Source: a virus
Reading direction: 5' to 3' (one strand)
IMG/VR virus record: IMGVR_UViG_3300027631_000002
Location: 115,627-179,626 of that record
DNA length: 64,000 bases
The notes beneath the pieces are model-generated. The model was not told the origin of the DNA, made no database searches, and saw nothing but the letters and a program-made list of their open reading frames with translations. Made by a program: the position numbers and the translations under genes. This document shows positions 56,207 to 64,000 of this stretch, piece by piece; within the stretch, counting starts at the first letter, position 1, and each line of letters opens with the position of its first letter.

Positions 56207-59206
56207 ATGTCAAAAATACAAATTTTCATTGATAATTTTGAGACAATCACTCTAACAGAACTTAACCTTCAAAATGAAAGAATAAGTAAATATAAAACTG
56301 CAAGAGCTTCTGCAATTGCAATAACTTATCCTAAAATCGCCTCTTGGCCTTTTAAGAAAAAATCTGATAACACCTATGGAACAGATCCAGATGTAAGAAC
56401 CGTAGGTGATTTATTTAAGTATGTTTATCCTCTGGAAGAAGGAGGAAAACAAATCACACCTGAATATCCATATCTCGATTTTCTTGGAGACGTGTTAAAC
56501 GAACTTAAAGACCCAGATACGGGTGCATTTCCATTATATGAAATTTTACGTAAAAATTATGGTGCTAAAAGGGCCGCAGATTTTACAAAAAATCTTAGAG
56601 CATTTGGTGCACAAAAGTGGTTTGACGCATTTATGTCATCGGCACTTGACTATTTAAAATCACAAAAAAGTTTAACCACTAATTATAAGAATTCCGATGA
56701 ATTTGAGGATGATCTTTCTGATTTAAGAAAAAAGTTTAGAGATAGTTATGGTTATAACAGTATTGCAGATTTTTCTATAAATGATGTCTCTACACTTACA
56801 ATCTTCTATGAAGCTTTTATGGAAGCAGGTGATGACTATAAACTACCACCACCAGTATCGGCTACACAATCAGGAACTCAATCAGGAACTCAATCAGGAA
56901 CTCAATCCGCGACACCTGTTGAGACACAATCTGCCACACAATCAGTTCTTGAGATAGGTGACTATAAAATCACCGTAAAAGATCCTAAAAGTGATAATGA
57001 CCGAAAGATCGAAGGTTCAATTTCATTCACAACTTTAGGTCCACAAGTTAGTGCCAATTCTAGATTGATTGGCTTACCACATCCATTTACTAATCCAAAA
57101 ACTGGTACAGTAGTAACATCACAAGAAACTGCGGAAGCTAATGGAGAATTAAACTGGAAAACTAGAAATTTAAGTATATCATCTTATCCGGATACTTATG
57201 AAACAGTATTGGCAGACGAGGCAATAGTAAACCTACAAAGTATGATAGATTATTACTACGGAGTTGAAATAAAGTTACAATATACAAAAAATCCCGACGC
57301 TCCTACTCTTGTTTCTGCATCTGCTTCCGGTACTCAATCTGCAACTCAATCTTCTGCACCTTTAACTGCAACTCAATCTGGTATGACTCAAAGTACTTTT
57401 GATGCAACTGGAATAAAGATTAAACTACAAAAGAAAAGTGGTCCTGGTGAACTAATAGGTGAAGTAGAACAAACAGTTAAAGATGGTTTTGTGAATTTTG
57501 CAGGTATTCAATTCAATGCACCTGGAGATTACGTTATTTCAGTAATACCAGATTCAAATCTTATAGAACCTTCTGAAGCAATTATAAAGGTCTTACCAGA
57601 AGATGATGTTATTGCTCAAGATAAGTCAAGAGGTGGTGAACAAGAACCAAAAGATGTGCAAGGTACACGTCCAATAATCGCACAAATAGATAAACCCACG
57701 ATTAAACTAAAACCTATTGAGTTTGAAGCATTACAGAATAATGGAGATAACGCAGAGGTTGCTGGTGCATTAGGATTTACTCCGTTCTTTTGGTATTCTG
57801 GTGTTCAAATAGATCAACGATATATAAACTCACTGAATTTATATTATGATGGTCTTGTACCGATGGTATCTATTGTTTTTGAGGACTCGATGGGTGTTAT
57901 GAAAAAAGATGGATTTCCACTTGATGATAGTAAATTCGAAATATTTTTAAATTCAGGTTCAAAAAATCTAAAATCAATACACCTAAAGTTTAAACTAGTG
58001 AATTTCCAAGAAAATAAAAGTAAAACTTATACAATAGTAGGTACACTAGACCTTCAAGATTTTTATAAAATAAGATTTCAGAGTTATAAAGGAACTTCAT
58101 TTGAAACATTGCAAAAAATGTGTAAAGAGTTAGAAATAGGTTTTAATTCTAATATTACAAATACTTCTGATAGTATGACCTGGATAAATAATGGTAAATT
58201 ATTTAGAACATTTATTACTGATATTATTTCACACTCATATATTTCAGATAAAACATTTCTTATAGGTTATGTAGACTTTTATTACTGCTTCAATTATGTA
58301 GATATTGAAAAGGAATGGATTAGAGATATATCTAAAGATGTTGGTATAAATTCAAGAGGTTTGAATCACTTAAATACAAAAGAAGAAAGTGAAAAGGTTG
58401 TACAATTACAATTAAGTAATGATTTAAGTCAAAATAGTAGTTCATTTTTCTTTAATAAGTATAGAGTAAATAATAACTCAACACAAACTTCTCTGAATAA
58501 TGGACACTTTACAGTATCAAATACTTATGATAGTATAAAAAAAGAATTTTTAGTATTTGATGTAGACTCACAGACATCAGATGGATCAAAAAGTATTATA
58601 TTAAAAGGTCCACCTTCTGATGCACAAAAAGATAACTATCGTACAACATACTCCGGTAAAATGGATACGGAGAATGTACATAAACAATACTATTATTCAG
58701 AAACACAGAATAAAGTAAATTTTGATAATATGGCTAGAATTTCTGTTGATTTAGAACTTCCTAACGCAAATTTCAATTTATATAAATTTATGAAGATACA
58801 GTTAAACTTTATAAATACGAAAACTTCTGTTAATAATGATGAGATCTCACAAAAACGTTTAACAGGCGAATGGGTTATTATTGATATATCATATACTTGG
58901 ACACAAGGCAATTTAACTCAAAAAGTTACCGCTGTTAGAAAAGAGCTTAGTAAAACAGATGATGAGTTGAAAAAAGATGCAAACTCTACACCTACAAATG
59001 CTGAAACAAATACACAGAACAATGAAAATCCTGTAGTACCAGGTCAAACACAACCTATATTATCAACTGCAGTACCACCGAATAGTGTATATAAAGTTGG
59101 TCAAATATTCTTTGTTCAGAATAATTCTGGTAAAACGTTTAAATTGACAATTACTGAAGTTTCTACAAATGGTAAAGAAGTAAAAGCAACTATAAAAAAT
59201 ATTTAA
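56207..59206 (+). CDS. Large virion protein, baseplate-hub-like candidate
   Basis: TQSG repeats; the C-terminal region has a hub-like beta pattern; lies directly before the lysin. Confidence 0.45.
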   Translation: MSKIQIFIDNFETITLTELNLQNERISKYKTARASAIAITYPKIASWPFKKKSDNTYGTDPDVRTVGDLFKYVYPLEEGGKQITPEYPYLDFLGDVLNELKDPDTGAFPLYEILRKNYGAKRAADFTKNLRAFGAQKWFDAFMSSALDYLKSQKSLTTNYKNSDEFEDDLSDLRKKFRDSYGYNSIADFSINDVSTLTIFYEAFMEAGDDYKLPPPVSATQSGTQSGTQSGTQSATPVETQSATQSVLEIGDYKITVKDPKSDNDRKIEGSISFTTLGPQVSANSRLIGLPHPFTNPKTGTVVTSQETAEANGELNWKTRNLSISSYPDTYETVLADEAIVNLQSMIDYYYGVEIKLQYTKNPDAPTLVSASASGTQSATQSSAPLTATQSGMTQSTFDATGIKIKLQKKSGPGELIGEVEQTVKDGFVNFAGIQFNAPGDYVISVIPDSNLIEPSEAIIKVLPEDDVIAQDKSRGGEQEPKDVQGTRPIIAQIDKPTIKLKPIEFEALQNNGDNAEVAGALGFTPFFWYSGVQIDQRYINSLNLYYDGLVPMVSIVFEDSMGVMKKDGFPLDDSKFEIFLNSGSKNLKSIHLKFKLVNFQENKSKTYTIVGTLDLQDFYKIRFQSYKGTSFETLQKMCKELEIGFNSNITNTSDSMTWINNGKLFRTFITDIISHSYISDKTFLIGYVDFYYCFNYVDIEKEWIRDISKDVGINSRGLNHLNTKEESEKVVQLQLSNDLSQNSSSFFFNKYRVNNNSTQTSLNNGHFTVSNTYDSIKKEFLVFDVDSQTSDGSKSIILKGPPSDAQKDNYRTTYSGKMDTENVHKQYYYSETQNKVNFDNMARISVDLELPNANFNLYKFMKIQLNFINTKTSVNNDEISQKRLTGEWVIIDISYTWTQGNLTQKVTAVRKELSKTDDELKKDANSTPTNAETNTQNNENPVVPGQTQPILSTAVPPNSVYKVGQIFFVQNNSGKTFKLTITEVSTNGKEVKATIKNI

Positions 59207-59212
59207 TGAATA

Positions 59213-61888
59213 ATGTCAAAGATACAAGAGCTTATTGATGCGTGGAATACCGCAGTAGATGTAGAGATAGCGGCTGCACAAAGTGAGGTAGATGCTTATT
59301 TAGCAGCTAGACAAACTGCCATAGCACTTACGGATCCTTTTATATTGAAAATGCCTACACTAGAGGTTTTTAATATTGACCCTGAAGGAGTAACAACACC
59401 TGGATTTGATGTAACAACGATTGGTCAATTGTTTGAATGGTCTTTCCCGGCAGAAGGTATGAAAGCTTATGATAAATATGGTAATTTTAGATCAAAACCT
59501 GATGTTGTAGAAGACTATGTCGATAAAAAATATGCCAAAGATTCGGGTGAGTCAACTAATCCAATAACCCCAACTACTTTATACATCCAAGGATATACTT
59601 TTGCAACTATGTCATACTTAGCTAAACAATATGAGACTGGTCTTAGAACACACCAGGATTTATACAATATATTAAAAGTTAAAGATTCTGGCTTTGTCAA
59701 ATTGGCAGCAGAAAAAAAACTAAAAAACTTAGGAGGTAAAGCTTGGTTCGACTCTTGGATGCATTCTTTATATAGAGTTATATATAATACAAAAATATCT
59801 GTATCAACTTTAAAATATAAAGACTACTCTGATATTTTTATGAGAATTGAAGATGAGTTAGACGAGAACTACTTAAAAGGTTTTTACAGTTCGGGTACTC
59901 GTTTTCCTCTAGGTATTGGTGAACAATCTAAATATTTTCAAGCCGTTTTAGAAGCAGGTGATAATTTCTTTACATCTCAAACTTCTGGAACACAATCTGG
60001 AACACAATCTGGAACACAATCTGGAACACAATCTGGTGTAAACACTGATTATACACTGAGTGTAATAAATCCATTAAGTGATATAGAAAAGAAAATTTTG
60101 GGTAAAATAACTTTTATCGAAGCGGGTAAGTATATAATTCCTAATAGTACATTAAATGGATTACCAAATCCTTGGACAAATCCAAAAACTAAAGTAGTAG
60201 TACCGAATAATACTGGAATTATTAAATTTAGTGGAGGTAAAAGTACTTCATCTAAAAACAGCCTTGCAACTGATGCAATTCTTGAGTTACAAAACATAAT
60301 TGATGGTACTTATGGTTTAACAATTTATCTTAAATATACAGAACCAGATGGACCTCCAGTAGTACCACCCAGTGATTCGTCAACGGGACCTTCTGCAAGT
60401 GCAATAACTGGTGCGTCAGAAAGTTCTGTACCTGGTCCAACTTCGAGTACAGTAGGGACACAAGAATTTACTTTTAATGTAGAACAATTAGATATATTTT
60501 CAAATGCAGACTTTGGAAACTTATTTATTATTGGTCAAGAAGATGAGACTTTATTATATGATGACGGAACAGATATTGATGATGAGTATAAAGAGTCTGC
60601 GTTTGAAGGTGATCCAGAGGCATCTGTATCAGAAGAACAAGAATATACCGACCCAGTTACAGGCGAAGTTTCAGAGGAAATTAGACAAGAAACTGAAAAA
60701 CAGTCAGAGACAATAAATAGTGCTCCTTATGTACCAGGTAAATATACTTTAGATATGATACCTGGTACTTTTTATGGTAATAATAAAATGGCTATTACTT
60801 GTTGTCAGATAGATGGAAAACCAGTTAGTGTTAAAATAGCTGATGCAGTATTAGATCTTAAAGCTGCAGCCAAAAATGATGGTATTAAAGTAAATGTGAA
60901 TTCTGGGTTTAGACCAGATTATTATCCAAATGTGAGTACTAAATCAAAAGCAGGTGTGTCGGTAAGTGCACAATCTCAAGAGGAATTATATGCACAGAAT
61001 TGTAAAGGTGGTAAGTGTAGTCCAGCAACTGCAAGACCAGGAAATTCTAAACATGGTTCTGGTATAGCGATTGACTTTAATACTGGATCTAGAGGTGGTA
61101 AAATTAAATCTCCGTTAGATCCTAAACTATATAGTTGGATGGTTAAAAATAGTTTCAGATTTGGATTTGTTAGAACTGTTGCCTCAGAAGAGTGGCATTT
61201 TGAATACTGGGGAACATCAATAACAACAACACCTTATGCCAAATTACCTAAATCTAATACATTATTTTATACAGATTTAGGATTAAATAATCTAGTCGTT
61301 GGAAAAGCGTCAACACCAGACACCAAATCGACTCCAACAAATACAAATGGTTCCAAAGAAACGCCCACGACTAAGAAATTAGATACATTACCTTCAGCTA
61401 TTAAAAAGGCAATTGCACAACTAGAAAAGAAATATAATGTAAAAATTGACGATTCACATATTAATGCGGAACTAAGTCAAGAAGGAGGGTACTATGCTGA
61501 TAATGGAGGAGAAAATGCTGAAGCAAGAAAGGCGATAGATAAATTAGTAGCTAAAATACATGAATTATTTCCAAAGACAAAGAAGGTTGGAGGGGTAATT
61601 TCAGCACATAGAACATATGAGAAACAAGTAGATTTGTTTGGTAAAAAAATTGCGTCCGATGGTGGTGTTGCAAATCGACAAAAAATGAGTGCTATACCTG
61701 GATTTAGTCAACACCATACTGGTAAAGCGTTTGATATTTTTAGTGTTGAAGGATCTTGGTGGGATAATAACCCTGATGTAAAAAAATGGGTTTATGATAA
61801 TGCTGGGTCATATGGATTCAAAGGATCTTACTTTAAAAAGGGTCCTTTAAGAAGTATAGAACCATGGCATTTATATTATATAAAATAA
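59213..61888 (+). CDS. Virion-associated peptidoglycan hydrolase with two M15 (VanY-like) peptidase domains
   Basis: Domain 1: SGFR..SKHGSGIAID..EEWHFEY. Domain 2: SAHRT..SQHHTGKAFD..EPWHLYY. Confidence 0.8.
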   Translation: MSKIQELIDAWNTAVDVEIAAAQSEVDAYLAARQTAIALTDPFILKMPTLEVFNIDPEGVTTPGFDVTTIGQLFEWSFPAEGMKAYDKYGNFRSKPDVVEDYVDKKYAKDSGESTNPITPTTLYIQGYTFATMSYLAKQYETGLRTHQDLYNILKVKDSGFVKLAAEKKLKNLGGKAWFDSWMHSLYRVIYNTKISVSTLKYKDYSDIFMRIEDELDENYLKGFYSSGTRFPLGIGEQSKYFQAVLEAGDNFFTSQTSGTQSGTQSGTQSGTQSGVNTDYTLSVINPLSDIEKKILGKITFIEAGKYIIPNSTLNGLPNPWTNPKTKVVVPNNTGIIKFSGGKSTSSKNSLATDAILELQNIIDGTYGLTIYLKYTEPDGPPVVPPSDSSTGPSASAITGASESSVPGPTSSTVGTQEFTFNVEQLDIFSNADFGNLFIIGQEDETLLYDDGTDIDDEYKESAFEGDPEASVSEEQEYTDPVTGEVSEEIRQETEKQSETINSAPYVPGKYTLDMIPGTFYGNNKMAITCCQIDGKPVSVKIADAVLDLKAAAKNDGIKVNVNSGFRPDYYPNVSTKSKAGVSVSAQSQEELYAQNCKGGKCSPATARPGNSKHGSGIAIDFNTGSRGGKIKSPLDPKLYSWMVKNSFRFGFVRTVASEEWHFEYWGTSITTTPYAKLPKSNTLFYTDLGLNNLVVGKASTPDTKSTPTNTNGSKETPTTKKLDTLPSAIKKAIAQLEKKYNVKIDDSHINAELSQEGGYYADNGGENAEARKAIDKLVAKIHELFPKTKKVGGVISAHRTYEKQVDLFGKKIASDGGVANRQKMSAIPGFSQHHTGKAFDIFSVEGSWWDNNPDVKKWVYDNAGSYGFKGSYFKKGPLRSIEPWHLYYIK
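59987..60034 (+). repeat. 12-nt coding repeat GGAACACAATCT x4 (GTQS); a related array lies at about 56864..56911
   Basis: Read directly from the sequence. Confidence 0.9.
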
Positions 61889-62056
61889 TACGAAAGTCTT
61901 AAATGTGAACTTACTACAATAAGATTATCCGATTTGTTGGTTTGTAATAACAAGAAAATTATTACACAGTATGGTAAAAAAATTACTAAATTAACTGGAT
62001 AAGGATTACATAGAAAAGTGAAATATTTATATATACTCTAAATATAATTTAACTTA

Positions 62057-64000
62057 ATGGATCTAAGTAAAATCTCTACTTCTTCTAATGCTGAATCAAT
62101 TGTTGGTACTCCTCCTAAATACTCGTATAAAGCAGGAACTTACACTATATTTAATAAAGAAACTGGACAAATTGAAACAATTGAACTTAATAAACTTAAA
62201 GGTGATTTAAGATCAAACATTGATAATATTATCAAAAATGGAACACCTTGGCCACAAGCAAGTATAGATAAGGGATTTTTATCACCACTTTTTATAAGTC
62301 CTAGTAAAGACTTTAGATTCGGTAGTACACCAAAATCAACTGAACAATATGCGAGTGGTGATACTAATGTCACTAGTCCTGAAAGCAAATTAGAAGCAAC
62401 TCCCGATACAGTAAATCAAATCAAAGTAGGTGAGTATGAGTATGTTGATTGGAGAGGCCAACTAATAAAATCAGGTGCAAATTCTACTATTTTAGATACC
62501 GATGAGAGGTTCAGTGAGAGTAAAAATCTGCCAAAAAATTCGAAAGATCTGAGTACATCTCCTTATAGTACACGTGATTTTTACTTACTATTCAATGATA
62601 CAAGAACTGATTATTTTAAACATGGTTTGCAAATAATTGATAATTTAACTCCTATTGAAAATCCAGAAAATGGTAAATCAGAGTTACGTTTATCACAATT
62701 TCAACAAACACCTTTTGAGAATAATGATCCTGTAATGTTTGGATTTGAGATTATAATCGATGATATATCTTCTCCATTGTTAAATGGATCGGTGCTTGAT
62801 TTTTTAAAGATTTATAGTGGAGTTGATGAGATAAGATCGAAAATTCCTGTTTATGAGGACTTCAAACAACAATTTGTAAAATTATTTAGAACTAGATCTA
62901 CCGTAAATATTAATGATGAGCAAGTATCAATCAGTAAAACTAAACCTGGTTATGCAAATACTGATAGTGCTAAGAATCTTTTTAGAGGTGGAAAAACATC
63001 ATATATGAGTTACTATCTTAAAAAAATTGGTGGACTAGCAAATCTAATAGAAGCAAATACTTCAGATAAGAAAAAATTTCTTGTTGATTATAGAACAGAT
63101 CTTATTACACTTGATTTTACAGAAGACGTTTCGCTAACGATGGGTACTTTAGCACATTTATATAAGTTATTATATTGGTCTAAACCAAATGGTAAAAGTA
63201 TAGTTCCTGAAAATCTACTAAGATTTAACTGTGATATTATAGTTTCTGAGTGTAGAAATTTTAATAGAGTTAGAAAAGGTATTGATAGCGGAGACTTAGA
63301 AGTTATCAAAGATAACCTATCTAGATATGTTTACTCTTTAAAAGAATGCCAGTTCTTTTTTAATACAATGCCACACAATCCGGATATCGATATGTCTGCT
63401 ATTGCAGTTTATGAAACTTATGGTATTCAGTTTGATTATAAATACTCTACAGTTAAGTTTGAAAGATTTATGCCATCTGCAAATTTTGGTAAATATATTG
63501 GATACGATAGTGGTGCTATTTGGAAAATCGGTAACCCGGGTGCAAGAGTTGCAAGAGGTGGAACACAATCAACTACTAGTGATACTTCAATACCTAGATT
63601 CTTCACATCTGGTACTAATACTAGTAATAATAATGGAGTTAAATCACCTGCAATATTAAATAGATTCGGAGTCAATTTACCGGAAAATCCTTTAGGATTT
63701 ACGACTGATGAAAAAATAGATGATTTACAAGCTAAGGAATTAGAAGATAAGTTTGATTTAGATAAATTCAAAAGATATGCTAAAGATCAAACTGCAATCG
63801 GTGCAGATCTAAGTAAATTAGTTAGTGAACAGAACAAGAAATTAGAGCTACTAAATAATCCGAAGACATTATTAAAAAATAGTGCAGAGTCTGTTATAAA
63901 AAACTTTACTGAGAAAAATAAAACAATTGGAATACCAACATCTTTAAAAGATTTAACTGCCAAAAAGGCAGATACTAATATTGGTAACTTTATTGAAAGA
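62057..64000 (+). CDS. Large structural protein, 3'-truncated by the window edge (tail-tube/baseplate-junction-like candidate)
   Basis: Open frame from ATG 62057 to the window end; absent from the track, presumably because no stop is reached. LDFTEDVSL..LYKLLYW..FNCDIIVSE..YSLKECQFFF resembles the tube-protein pattern. Confidence 0.55.
   Translation, partial: MDLSKISTSSNAESIVGTPPKYSYKAGTYTIFNKETGQIETIELNKLKGDLRSNIDNIIKNGTPWPQASIDKGFLSPLFISPSKDFRFGSTPKSTEQYASGDTNVTSPESKLEATPDTVNQIKVGEYEYVDWRGQLIKSGANSTILDTDERFSESKNLPKNSKDLSTSPYSTRDFYLLFNDTRTDYFKHGLQIIDNLTPIENPENGKSELRLSQFQQTPFENNDPVMFGFEIIIDDISSPLLNGSVLDFLKIYSGVDEIRSKIPVYEDFKQQFVKLFRTRSTVNINDEQVSISKTKPGYANTDSAKNLFRGGKTSYMSYYLKKIGGLANLIEANTSDKKKFLVDYRTDLITLDFTEDVSLTMGTLAHLYKLLYWSKPNGKSIVPENLLRFNCDIIVSECRNFNRVRKGIDSGDLEVIKDNLSRYVYSLKECQFFFNTMPHNPDIDMSAIAVYETYGIQFDYKYSTVKFERFMPSANFGKYIGYDSGAIWKIGNPGARVARGGTQSTTSDTSIPRFFTSGTNTSNNNGVKSPAILNRFGVNLPENPLGFTTDEKIDDLQAKELEDKFDLDKFKRYAKDQTAIGADLSKLVSEQNKKLELLNNPKTLLKNSAESVIKNFTEKNKTIGIPTSLKDLTAKKADTNIGNFIER

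Noticed and set aside
692-63771. Short antisense or alternate-frame ORFs in the track (e.g. 692..964, 3579..3803, 13654..13953, 17795..18094, 34987..35187, 63436..63771)
   Set aside because: They are shadows of longer, motif-supported genes and have no motifs or start context of their own.
1-64000. tRNA or rRNA genes, reverse transcriptase (retron/DGR), integrase or transposase
   Set aside because: No canonical T-loop/cloverleaf other than the tmRNA, and no RT or recombinase motifs were seen. A tRNAscan or HMM run would be needed to exclude atypical cases.

Overview
This is a very AT-rich segment of a large T4-like (Tevenvirinae-style gene set) jumbo myophage genome, read in standard code 11. 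The host is probably Bacteroidota/Flavobacteriales, inferred from a tmRNA resuming on Gly, a Bacteroidota-type lipoprotein, and the absence of Shine-Dalgarno sites. Head and tail genes: gp25, gp15-like, gp4, gp2, portal, protease-scaffold fusion, major capsid, a fibre protein, baseplate-hub and tail-lysin candidates. Replication genes: clamp loader, clamp-like protein, primase, a PolB C-terminal half, UvsW, Dam. Host-like translation and quality-control genes: tmRNA, RNase R, ClpP, IF3, an NFACT-R protein, M42 and M28 peptidases. Five signals stand out. (1) PolB is interrupted inside its KxxxNGSY|G motif by a 48-nt in-frame insert made of a stop codon in a 19-bp GC-rich hairpin, reminiscent of T4 gene 60 bypassing. 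(2) UvsW is fractured by a naturally split intein with a free-standing TnsA-like endonuclease between the halves. (3) About 20 unrelated proteins share an N-terminal tag resembling the T4 capsid-targeting sequence. (4) Two promoter motifs lie only 4-5 nt from ATG, implying near-leaderless mRNAs. (5) The late sigma factor and IF3 have non-AUG starts. All family assignments come from motif recognition by eye; no searches were run.
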